In this document: piece by piece, positions 12,526 to 24,385 of the stretch
How the letters are laid out: each line of letters starts with the position of its first letter
How positions within the stretch are numbered: position 1 is the stretch's first letter
Source of the DNA: Octopus bimaculoides
Taxonomy: Eukaryota
Reading direction: 5' to 3'
Assembly (NCBI RefSeq): GCF_001194135.2
Contig: NC_069002.1
Location: forward strand, 638,352-687,104
DNA: 48,753 bases
The notes under the pieces: model-generated
Seen by the model: the letters and a program-made list of their open reading frames with translations, nothing else
The model's database searches: none
What the model was told of the DNA's origin: nothing
Program-made: the position numbers and the translations under genes

Positions 12526-12779
12526 AGAAGGAATCGGGACAGAAATGATCTGGAAGTTGCGGGTAGAGGAGCGGAAGTGTAAGCGTGGTGGGGAAAAATG
12601 CGTGTGTGTGTGTGTGTGTGTGTATGGGATGGTGGTGGTTGAAGTGGAGGGAAGGTGGGTGGAAGTTGAACGGTCGACAGAAGGCGGAAACGACCGAACG
12701 TTTGGCACCATAGCGGTATGTATAATACACTGATTGTCGGTCATCTTCGTGTCCCTCCGCCTGTCTGTCGACAAAATAT

Positions 12780-13240
12780 TGATGGTAGTGATGATGGTGG
12801 TGGTGGTGGTGGGTGGTGGTGGTGGTTGAGGTAATAGTGGGGTTTGGGGTGTCTGTGGTAACTGTGGAGGTGGTGGTGATATTGGTGCTGGTGGTGGAAG
12901 TGTTGGGTAATGGTAGTGCTTAATGACGATGGCACATGTAGTGCCGGCGACGGTGGTAGTGGTGGAGGTGTTGGGGGTGCTAGTGATGGTGGTGCTGGTT
13001 GTGGTAGTGCTGATGATGATGGCACATGTAGTGGTGGTGGTGGCAGGGGTAGTGGCGATGGTACAAGGAATGCTGGTTGTAGTTATGGTGATGGTACCAG
13101 TGGTACTTACTGGTGGCAATCGGAACACTAGCGATGGTGTTAACGGGGAAAATGGTTTTCATGATAGAGGCTGTGATGGTGCTTGTGGAGGTGGGGAGAC
13201 AAAGCGGAGGGTGCTAACATTGTAAGAAGCGGTAGTGCAT
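12780..13240. repeat. Degenerate (GGT)n cryptic repeat
   Basis: This tract is the source of the poly-Thr/Val/Gly/Pro ORFs in the track. Confidence 0.8.
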
Positions 13241-13278
13241 CGAACAAAATACTTTATACTATTTCGTTTTGATCCTTT

Positions 13279-13700
13279 TCTGCACTGAATTCAAAGTCTA
13301 CGACGTCAGCTTTGATTTTATCCTTTTCAGGGTCGAGAAAATAAAGCAAAGATCAAATAGTGAATTAGCAACCCCGTCCTTGGCACCAAAGATCCTTATT
13401 GCTGGAAGGGCCACGACGGCGCGCTGGCAGAATCGTTAGCAGGGCGGGGAAAATGCTTAGCGGCATTTCGTCCGGCTTCCTCCACCACATAATTTCAAGT
13501 CTTGTGCATAGAAAGATTATTATTATTGAACTCGTAAATGACCATCACTGAAGAGTGTCGGATAAAATGTTTCACGACATCCAGTTGCGAATCGTTGCAT
13601 TCTGGTTTCAAATCCAGACGGTCTTCAGAAGTAACAGACAAAGTACAGGACTTGATAGAACTGAATAAAACCAATCGAGAGTAGTGCTCCAGCATGGTCC
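13279..13700 (+). mobile_element. Cluster of SINE A fragments plus a mosaic A-head/B-tail remnant
   Basis: Central-domain fragment at 13279-13350, head GGCGCGCTGGCAGAATCGTTAGCAGGGCGGGGAAAATGCTTAGCGGCATTTCG at 13419-13470, and a decayed head at 13550-13625 followed by GTGCTCCAGCATGG near 13685. Confidence 0.65.
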
Positions 13701-14260
13701 CACTTATTGCAGGTGTCAATCAGTTACTAAGCTGCGTGTGTTACTGTAATATACAGAACCACAGAAACAGGAATGCATAAAAAGTCAAACACACATATAC
13801 ACACAGGCATGCATGCAAACACACGCGCGCGCATATACATACATACATATATATATATATGTGAGTATATATATATATATATATACACGCACGCTGCCAA
13901 GTGTGCACACAAACACACACACACATGCAAGCTAACATACACACAGAGGCGCATATATACTAACACCTTACACATAGAAACGCATACACACATACATACA
14001 TACAGACAGACACGCACGCAGCCAGGCGCGAACATACACGCAACTAGGTTTGCACACGCACAAACTAACAAGTGTATACACATACACACATATGCAGTTA
14101 GGCGTACACATACGCACTATCAGGTGGAAATAAACACACACACACACACAGAGGCATACTTATATAGACAGGTGCATACACACATTTACACATATTAACT
14201 AATACATTCGTACACGGCACATACGCTAATAAACAAAAACATCCACATGCACAATATTTG

Positions 14261-14333
<73 letters not shown>

Positions 14334-14698
14334 CCAACAGTCAATACTAAGTGAATTAGTTTGTAGATTTAGTCTTAATGGGAGACGTTTATTGAAGTCC
14401 ACCCTTGCAACACACACCCCCAGCCACACTCGAACACTTCCCCCCTCTTATATGAAAATTAGGCAGGCCCTAACCTCGACATTATCCCCTCCCTCATACC
14501 ACCACCACGCTGTCGTAAGTAGGGCATCTGTGATAAGATGAGAGAGAGAGAGAGAGAGAGAGAGAGGAGGGGAGACGAAGGAGGAGGAGAGTTTGATCCT
14601 GTGCTAATTTGCCCTATGATACAAGCCACATTAGGCTGGCGAATTTTATCTTTCAGGGATTTTAAACACGATACTCCTCACTCATAAATTGTTTCAGT

Positions 14699-14750
14699 TT
14701 GTCTGTCTGTCTGTCTGTCTGTCAATCTGCCTGCGTATCTGTCTGTCAGT

Positions 14751-14813
<63 letters not shown>

Positions 14814-14822
14814 CTGTCTGTC
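14699..14822. repeat. (TCTG)n(TATC)n tetranucleotide microsatellites
   Basis: Direct reading. Also at 34210-34277 and 48670-48705. Confidence 0.95.
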
Positions 14823-15384
14823 TTAATGGCTGTCAGGGGTATCTTCCTTTAAGATCATATACCATAGTTATGTATGAATGTGCACACACATAAATATATA
14901 CGCATATTATTCATACAGATATGTTCGTATGAATATATGTGCATATCTGTATGAATGTGTATATATATTTATTTAAAGAATGTAGTTGTGTAAAACTGTA
15001 ACAATGCGAGAATATAGCAAGTAAACTACAAATTGAAAAGAAAACAGAACAAAGTTGCAGTTTTATCTTGTATTTCTATATTTCGGACTGAAGACCCCCT
15101 GTTCAGTGCGCGTGTATCAGAATTCGGATAAAAAAACCTCATAGCACGCTTTTAAGAGTTTTTATGCCGTTATTTGCTTCCCACATGTTATACTACGGAA
15201 GGGTATATTCCAGGCCTGGATACACATGTGGAACTCTCCTATGCATAAGATTAACACATTTGTATTCAGTGTAAGTCGGACCTTTTTGTATATAAACATA
15301 TATACACATTTTTTTGTATTTCGTGTTGTATATTGATCTGTGTAACTTGCTTATTCCCCATTTACTTCTCTCTCTCTCTCTCTC

Positions 15385-15590
15385 TACTCTTTTGCTTGTT
15401 TTAGTCATTTGACTGCGGCCATGCTGGAGCACCGTCTTTAGTCCAGCAAATCGACCCCAGGACTTATCCTTTGGAAGCCTAGTACTTATTCTATCGGTTG
15501 TCAAGCGGTAGCTGTCAAGCGGTGGGGGTTAGGGTTAGGGTTGACAAACGGTGGTGGGGACAAACACAAGCACAAAGGTATACACACTTA
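15385..15590 (-). mobile_element. 3' half of SINE family B, rearranged, with a short (GGGTTA)n insert
   Basis: GTCATTTGACTGCGGCCATGCTGGAGCACCG..ATCGACCCCAGGACTTAT..GTACTTATTCTATCGGT matches the reverse complement of the 7021-7200 tail. Confidence 0.85.
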
Positions 15591-15650
15591 GAAATATACA
15601 CATATACATAAGTACGTACATACATATGTGTGTATGTGTGTGCTTGTGTG

Positions 15651-15710
<60 letters not shown>

Positions 15711-16799
15711 GAGATTCATCAACATTCGCACATACCACTCTCGTACACATACATATATACAGACATAGATATATACAGATAGAACTAGCTGCACACGCAC
15801 ACATCAATATGTGACACGCTGTTATCTATGTCGGTGTTGTTGGTGTTCCTTTGGTCGCAACTAGTAAAATATTGACAAATATTGGCGATGCCTTTTGTGT
15901 TATATCTGATCTAAAAAGCTGCTAACTTCAGCAAGCATTATCGATTCTTGGCGATCATTTTTCAACACTTTCCCTTATATTCCTTCGTACACCCTCCCCC
16001 TTCAACCTCTCCTTCATCCCCAGCCAACACTACTCCCCACTCCATTACACACACACCCTATCACGTCTCCGCCACATAACTAGCGAACGAACGAACGAAC
16101 CAACCGACAAACCAGCCAACCGACCAGACACGGACCGACCGATTTGACTGACATTCGCTCTTTATTCTCTCTTTCTTTCTTCCGATCTCTCTCTCTCTTT
16201 CTCATTTTCTGTCTCTTACTCTGTCTCACTCTCATTCTCTCACGTTCTCCCTTTGTTTTGTTCATTTTGTATGTTTGATCATTCGATCTGTCCTTGATGC
16301 ACTCGTCACGGTTGGGTGGCACGGAGCAGGATATGTGTGTGGCGTACAAATGTATATATTTACGAAACGATTCGACTAAATTTATTATATCGTGCTGTTA
16401 CAAAAAAAACTGTCCCCTCACGCATCTATTGTCGTCCCCCTCCCCNNNNNNNNNNNNNNNNNNNNNNNNNNNNNNNNNNNNNNNNNNNNNNNNNNNNNNN
16501 NNNNNNNNNNNNNNNNNNNNNNNNNNNNNNNNNNNNNNNNNNNNNNNNNNNNNNNNNNNNNNNNNNNNNNNNNNNNNNNNNNNNNNNNNNNNNNNNNNNN
16601 NNNNNNNNNNNNNNNNNNNNNNNNNNNNNNNNNNNNNNNNNNNNNNNNNNNNNNGGAGGAGGTATAGAATAAGGTAGAATGTGGCAGGGGACGAGAGCAG
16701 GAGTTGAACAGGATGAGGTGAGAGAGGAAAGAAGCTAGAGATTAACAGGGGTTTTGGTGAAGGGGACATTCTTAGGGTACCTGTGTGTGTGTTTGTGTG

Positions 16800-16985
16800 T
16801 ATGTATATATAGAAAACAAAAGACAAAGGCAAGTGTATGAACAACAAGCAAGTATATTAGTTTGACGCTCAGGAAAATGAAAAAGTCTTTTACGTTTCGA
16901 GCCTACGCTCTTCAACAGAAATGAATAAGAGAAAATAAGAGAGAATAAAAAGAAAACTTGTAGATTTAGCTGTCCAGTATATATT
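16800..16985 (-). mobile_element. Hammerhead-bearing repeat family H copy 1, abutting a TA/TG microsatellite
   Basis: Homologous to 18494-18690. The minus strand at 16888-16921 reads TTT-CTGTTGA-A-GAGC-GTAG-GCTC-GAAA-CGTA-AAA. Confidence 0.7.
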
Positions 16986-17089
16986 ATATATACGATTATT
17001 ATTCTAAAAACATTTTGTCTACTTTGGAGTTCCGGTAATGCATGCGCAGTGATATACGGTAACCAGCCTGAGTTAGCAGCAACATACCT

Positions 17090-17355
17090 GCTCATGTGTG
17101 CCCCAACGGATTTCTTTCCTCACGACTTTAAGAAAAACGGATATTTTTTAATGAAATTTTCTACAAACATGCTTCAGATGCTGTAAATCCCGATTATATC
17201 GGAATTTGTTGTGAAATAATTTTTCAAGAAAAAAAAAATGTGGTATGTGTCAGTATGTATATAGTCAGAATGGCTATTCCCCTATCTTTATTTTCACTCT
17301 GAAAGGTATTTGTCTGAATTTTCATTGAAAAATACCCATTTTAACGAAAGTTATG
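17090..17355. mobile_element. Possible non-autonomous DNA transposon remnant
   Basis: AT-rich stretch with phased A/T tracts (GAAAAACGGATATTTTTTAATGAAATTTT) that resembles a common octopus repeat as I recall it. No terminal inverted repeat or target-site duplication was identified. Confidence 0.3.
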
Positions 17356-18451
17356 TGGAAACAAATCTGATTCATGTGACGGTATACGCATAATACATGC
17401 GCACGCACCTGACGCAACGACCAATCGGGTCCTTCCTTACGCCAATGATAGTCGTGTTTTCTCACATTTGAACATTACTACAGACGTATCAGAAGTCGTA
17501 CTTCTCCACCGTCAGTTTGTAATATAAACAGACTGGGGCGATCAACGGACGTCTGCAAATACAAATTACAAATTACTTTAGTTCCGTGGGGCATGTTAGG
17601 GCACGTTGGCTCGTTGGCTCGTTGGTCCGTTGGCTGTCCTTTTCAAGAAACGAGACAAGGCAGCGGGGAAAATGCTGTTAAGCCCGCTGGCCTTATCGTG
17701 GCTTTGGTTAGAGCTGGTTGGTTGGTTAGTTCGTTGTTGCCTTCTGTAGATTTAGGCATCGGAGAAGAAAAAAAATATTGTCATTGCCCGCCAGCCTTGT
17801 TGTTGCGGCTTTTAGTTGCCGCAGGCATTTAACAGAAAAGAGATAATAGAGTTTTATACACACGCACACACACACACACATGCGCGCATATGTGTGTGTG
17901 TGTATGATTGTATATGGATATAAATGTATATAAAAATATGTATATATACATCTGAATATATGTTAAGATGCATATATGCATATATACACTCGCATGTGTG
18001 TGTATATATACATATAGGTATATACACGCATACACACGTGCGTACACCTACAGATACATAGATATATGTGTATGTGTGTGTGCGTAACGGGAACAATTTA
18101 CCGATGTATTTATAGTTAACCGATTCCGTGTGTGTATACATAGACCTTCGCCAAATCGAATTAGAGGAAAGGATGCCCGTTAATATGGCGGACCGTAACA
18201 GAATTATTTCGCCTGTTGTCATCATGGCCGCCGTAGTGAGGGAACAGAAATGCGGTGTCAGCGTGTGCATGTGTATTTATGAGTCTATGCATGTTTTTGG
18301 TGTTACAGTGTACATGTCGTTCTTTATCTGTTGTTTATATATGTAATGATAGGAACAGACGAGTATTGTTTGTGTTTACATATGACTATGGTAATATGTC
18401 TGTCTGCATAATAAATATATGGACATGTAAATGCGTAAATATATATGTCTT

Positions 18452-18493
<42 letters not shown>

Positions 18494-18495
<2 letters not shown>

Positions 18496-18690
18496 GAGAA
18501 TTTACGAAAAAAACAACAGACGAAGACAGGTGGTGTAAACAACAAATGGATGTACTAATTTAACGCTCGGGAATAGAGAAAGTCTTTGACGTTTCGAGCT
18601 ACGCTCTTCAACCGAAAGGAAAACAGAAAGAAATAAGGAGAGAAACAAGGGGAAAAAAATATAAATGTAGTGGTCAGCAATCTATCATGG
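18494..18690 (-). mobile_element. Hammerhead-bearing repeat family H copy 2, 3' end fused to (TA)n
   Basis: The minus strand at 18584-18618 reads CTTT-CGGTTGA-A-GAGC-GTA-GCTC-GAAA-CGTC-AAAG (4-bp stem I, GUC triplet). The element end TCTCCCA runs into (TA)n at about 18493. Confidence 0.75.
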
Positions 18691-19642
18691 CGAAAATGAA
18701 CAGTCTATAAAATCTAGTAAAACGACCAGAGACGTTGACCCTTGTCCTTCGATTAAATCCTAATATGAATGGCCGAGGTTCAAATTCCGCTCGGACCGAT
18801 TTCCCAGTGTTGTTGTTCAGAGATCGATGAAACAAGGACTGGAGTAGAAATATATGTCTTTCAATGCGATGATCCAGAATGGTCACAGCCTATATGTCCA
18901 TCGCCTGTACGGTTGCCAGTTCGATGATATGTCCTCAGCCTACATAGTCGAGTGCTGAGACCCTGCTTGATCTGACTACAATCTGTAGCCACGTATGCAT
19001 TTACTTGGCATGGCCACAACCAATACACTTAAGAGTGAAAATTCACCATCGTCATTCTCCAGGCAGGGAAACCAGGGAACGAATAACTTATAGCAGCTTT
19101 TACCCTCTAAATATATATCTTGTAAAGGAAGGGTCGCGGCCGTAGCTCTCTCCTATCTCTTCTGTCGGTTAGTATTTACAGAAAGCTGGGGTGAAATTAG
19201 TTTCTCACTTAAATGGAAGACCAATATAATAGTTGTTGCTAACAGGTGTCATGTTTAATCAGAATGGAACAACAGACTAAGGACTATATATTGTTAACAT
19301 TTCGAAAGGGACAAGACCATTCCATTTGCCGTAAAGGAAAAGGGAGAGAAAGAGAAAAAAATCCCCAGATACTTAGAGTGACAGAGAGAGGTAAATGATG
19401 CTCATTAAGAAATATGAACCAAATGAACAAAAATATACAAATAAAACAAAATCAAAGCAAGCTAAAAATAATAACAAACGACAAAACAAAGCAAAAAATA
19501 TAAACAGGAAGTAAAATAAATGCTAGAAATTAGAGAATAAATATGAAGAATAAACAAGAAAGATGAATACGGAATTTTGAATCGATAGAAGTGATTGGAT
19601 GAAGAAATGGAGAGGGAAAGAGAAAGAGACGGAGAGAGCGAG

Positions 19643-19704
<62 letters not shown>

Positions 19705-20300
19705 NNNNNNNNNNNNNNNNNNNNNNNNNNNNNNNNNNNNNNNNNNNNNNNNNNNNNNNNNNNNNNNNNNNNNNNNNNNNNNNNNNNNNNNNNNNNNNNN
19801 NNNNNNNNNNNNNNNNNNNNNNNNNNNNNNNNNNNNNNNNNNNNNNNNNNNNNNNNNNNNNNNNNNNNNNNNNNNNNNNNNNNNNNNNNNNNNNNNNNNN
19901 NNNNNNNNNNNNNNNNNNNNNNNNNNNNNNNNNNNNNNNNNNNNNNNNNNNNNNNNNNNNNNNNNNNNNNNNNNNNNNNNNNNNNNNNNNNNNNNNNNNN
20001 NNNNNNNNNNNNNNNNNNNNNNNNNNNNNNNNNNNNNNNNNNNNNNNNNNNNNNNNNNNNNNNNNNNNNNNNNNNNNNNNNNNNNNNNNNNNNNNNNNNN
20101 NNNNNNNNNNNNNNNNNNNNNNNNNNNNNNNNNNNNNNNTGATAAAGTAGTGAATTAATTAAAGGAAGCAAACAATATGGCGGCGATATTGTACAGCTCT
20201 CGGCTGTCATTGTTATCAATTATCTGCCCCTTGCAAACAGTTCAAATGAATTTTACATTACAGTTTAGCAATAAGCTCAAACAGTTTGCATGCAGTTATG

Positions 20301-20353
<53 letters not shown>

Positions 20354-20958
20354 CATATTAGATATTCTGTGACGTTTGCATGGGTGTGGGTGTTCTTTGG
20401 TTTTGTATTTTATGTTTCTTTCGTTTATGAATTAAATTCGATTTCTTTGTACTTGAATATTAATACGTAGTTTTTATTTTCATTATATGTCTACCTGTTT
20501 GTATCTGTCTGTCTGTCTGTCTAACTGCTTGTCTGCCTCTCTGTCTGTGTCCCTCAAATCAGTTCGGTTACTCCACCTACAGACTCATATACACACGTGT
20601 GTATATATATATATTTGTATACATACATGCATACATACATATAAGTTTATATACATACGCATACACACACATTTATATACACATATATACCTATGTGTGT
20701 GTGTATATCTGTATGCAAAATGTTTATATATAATCCATACCTATATACTACAGGGAGAAAGGGTTATATAGACAGGCGGGGAGATAAATAGATAAATATA
20801 AAGATAGATTGAAAAGAAAGTGAATGTTAGCGAAATCTGGTGGAATGTTTAAAGTGGAAATATGAGGTGCGTGGAGGGTGAGGGTTCAGTGGCATATATT
20901 TCTGTGTGTGTATGTGTGTGTGTGTGNNNNNNNNNNTCAGTGGCATATATTTCTGTGT

Positions 20959-21002
<44 letters not shown>

Positions 21003-21728
21003 TAGTGTGCCAATGAAAAAGACGTGAGGTAGGGAAAAGCGAAGGGTTATCTATACGAGGCGTATAATGGAGATTTATGATGAACCGGTTTATATATCAA
21101 AATGATATAATAATATAAGCAGCAGGTAGGTGTCACCTTGCATAGTTAGTTATACTCTCCAGCACGCCATTACTTTGAATATGGAAGTGGTGGTAGGGGC
21201 CTGGAGGGCGGGATGTCCTAGGGGGTGTTGGCCTAAAAGGTTGGCGTTGGTGGCTGCGGTTTAGGGCTTGAATAGTAGGTGAGATGGTAGAGTAGTTAGT
21301 AGTGGTGGTGGTGTTGGAGGCGAAAGACAGATAAACAGACAGACAGACATTGCTTTAACGAGGTGGAACCAATGAAACTAAAGAAGATTTCGTGATAGGG
21401 AAAGGTAGGTCGGTTGAGTGAGGACGCGGTAGATTTCGAAGGGGGTGAGCAGGGTGTAGATGAAGGGGGGGGATTNNNNNNNNNNNNNNNNNNNNNNNNN
21501 NNNNNNNNNNNNNNNNNNNNNNNNNNNNNNNNNNNNNNNNNNNNNNNNNNNNNNNNNNNNNNNNNNNNNNNNNNNNNNNNNNNNNNNNNNNNNNNNNNNN
21601 NNNNNNNNNNNNNNNNNNNNNNNNNNNNNNNNNNNNNNNNNNNNNNNNNNNNNNNNNNNNNNNNNNNNNNNNNNNNNNNNNNNNNNNNNNNNNNNNNNNN
21701 NNNNNNNNNNNNNNNNNNNNNNNNNNNN

Positions 21729-21794
<66 letters not shown>

Positions 21795-22240
21795 AGTGTA
21801 TTTAAATACATGTCAAAATAAATACTTAAATGGCGTAGATTAAGTCTGTATATATCATTATATATGCACACACACATGTATTTATACATTCAAACGTATA
21901 TTTGTGCGTGTGTGTGTAAACCATGAGAATTAACTACACACACGCATGCATACATACATACATACACACATCTGTACATATATACACGCGTTTGCGTCTG
22001 CCTATATACATACTTGCCTCTATATACAGTTCTACATACATTTGCCCGCTTTTTTGCCTATTTTTCTATAAAGTAAACGGAACAAAGTGTGTGTGTGTGT
22101 GAGTGTGTGTATGTGTATGTGTGCGTATGTGTATGTAAATGACAATTAAGTTATCACTAAAATATGGATGATGAAATAAGAATTTGTTTGAGCTAAATTC
22201 CAGTGTGCATTTTGCACAATCAACGAAAGGGAAAAAAAGG

Positions 22241-22296
22241 GGCGGTGCTCCAGCATGGCCTTAGTGCTATGCCTGAAAACAGAGAAATGGTAAAAG
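22241..22296 (+). mobile_element. SINE family B tail fragment
   Basis: GGCGGTGCTCCAGCATGGCC..GAAAC..GTAAAAG. Confidence 0.6.
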
Positions 22297-22343
22297 TTTG
22301 AATTCACAGCCACGCACATACACACAATATGTGTAGATATTTA

Positions 22344-22450
22344 TATACGATGGATGAAGCTGGTCGAAACTTCGAAGTTACAGTCAACAACATTCTTGTA
22401 TCAGAATAATAAATTTGTACTCTACAGAAGTATAGAATAATCCATCAGAT
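22344..22450 (+). mobile_element. Hammerhead-bearing repeat family F copy 2 (decayed)
   Basis: TATACGA-TGGATGAAGCTGGTC-GAAA-CTTCGAAGTT-ACAGTC..AATAAATTTGTACTCTACA, homologous to 7240-7368 (-). Confidence 0.55.
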
Positions 22451-22504
22451 TAATGTAAGATTGTTTTTATTATAACTGAACATAAAAACAAACATTAATA
22501 TACA

Positions 22505-22538
<34 letters not shown>

Positions 22539-22782
22539 GCACATATCTGAGTATATATTTATATCTATATCTGTGTATGTATACGTGTGTGTGTATGCAT
22601 GTGTGTGTATGTATGTATATATATATATATATATGTATATTATATATACCAACATATACACACACGCTATTACGCAGACACAAGCACAATATACATCTCT
22701 CACAGACTATATAAACAAAAATATGTGTACATGTGTGTGAGAGTATGTTCGTATGCATAGAACTGCATATAAAGATGTGTGC

Positions 22783-22820
<38 letters not shown>

Positions 22821-23359
22821 ACGATACTCAAATATAATACACACACATACATACGCGCTATCATACACACACACACACACACATACTTCTACGCTTGTGC
22901 TAACAGTGGCAGCATCAATTAACGGTATTTATCTAACAGTGAAATATCGACAAAGCCGTGTTTATATCATTTTATCTCATTGCAAGACTGTCTAAAGTAA
23001 AATGGCGGCGTTTCCAAGTGAAATTTAGCAAATCGCTTCTGGACAACTTATTGATTTCGTATGCAAACATGTCTCGTAATGTTTGGTCATTATTAATGGC
23101 CATAGTTTGAGGGCACAATAGGATTAGTGGGTGTGCATGCATGGTGTGCAATTTACACACCCTGTGCATGTGTGTGTGTGTTTCTATGTTGGTGTATATG
23201 AAGAAATGTCTGCCCGTAAAGACATATATGCATACATATACAAATATATACATATATACAAACATATACAAATATATACATATGTATATATGCAAATATA
23301 TACATATGTATATATACAAATATATACATATCTATGTATGATATATATATGTATGTATG

Positions 23360-23407
<48 letters not shown>

Positions 23408-23935
23408 GAGAGAGATAGAATAAGAGTGCGCATATGCACATATGTATGTTTATAAGCATATAATATATATATATATAAATATATATANNNNNNNNNNNNN
23501 NNNNNNNNNNNNNNNNNNNNNNNNNNNNNNNNNNNNNNNNNNNNNNNNNNNNNNNNNNNNNNNNNNNNNNNNNNNNNNNNNNNNNNNNNNTATATATATA
23601 TATATATATATATCTGCATATATATTTATGTATATTCCACCACACCGACACGAATCTATTCTATATTTAATGTGACTCTCTCCTCTTTGTCAATATATAT
23701 TTGTCACTTTGTGTCCGTCTTTCTTTCTGCTTGTTTTTCTATCCTTCTTTATTTATATATTTAGACACACGCATGCGCACGCACACAAAGTACCGGAACA
23801 AACACAATGAGTTTAAAAAGAATAAAATATATACAAAAAAAAACCACAACCGTATTTGCAAGTGTTGATGAAGTTAAGTGGAGAAGGTGACCCATGGTCG
23901 ATGGAAATATATCGCTTCTTCTTTCCATTAGCTCT

Positions 23936-24142
23936 GGTTATTATTTAGCCCTAGGCCATTCCCGATCCAGTATAACACCTGTTCTCAAGGACGTTCCAGC
24001 TGTGACACACATATCCATGTGTGAAGTGTCGTTCAATCCCGGTAACATTTTGCAATATCTGTGTCAATCAAAGATTATAGTTTGGGGGAGACTCTTTTTT
24101 GGCTGCTATCTCTAGTATGTTGCACGACCATGTAGAGGCACC
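23936..24142 (-). mobile_element. SINE-like family D, near full length, diverged
   Basis: TTTAGCCCTAGGCC..GGACGTTCCAGCTGTGAC..TTGGCTGCTATCTCTAGT..CGACCATGTAGAGGCACC is the reverse complement of the 30003-30125 head plus the family tail. Confidence 0.7.
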
Positions 24143-24165
24143 AAAATCGACACAAGTGTCTAACT

Positions 24166-24385
24166 AAGGCGGTGAGCTGACCGAATGGTTACCACACTGG
24201 GCAAAATGGCCATCGGCATTTAGTACGTCTTCACGTTTTGGGTTCAAATTCCGCAAAGGTCGACTTTGTCAATTATTGGTTCGAGGTCGGTAAAATAAGT
24301 ACCAGTTGATTTCTGGGGTCGATGTAATCGTCTTATTCCCCCACCTCCAGGAATTGCTGGCCATGTGCTAAAATTTGAAATCAAA
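24166..24385 (+). mobile_element. SINE family A, full length, diverged
   Basis: AAGGCGGTGAGCTGACCGAATGGTTA..GGGTTCAAATTCCGCAAAGGTCGACTTTG..TAAAATAAGTACCAGTTG..GGGGTCGATGTAATCG..AAATTTGAAATCAA. Confidence 0.85.

Noticed and set aside
13600-13632. Minus-strand CTGAAGA..GAAAC
   Set aside because: No stem II or NUH site. It derives from a SINE B-box region.
20885-20990. Direct repeat TCAGTGGCATATATTTCTGTGTGTGTATG on both sides of a 10-N gap
   Set aside because: Typical unmerged contig overlap, so an assembly artefact.
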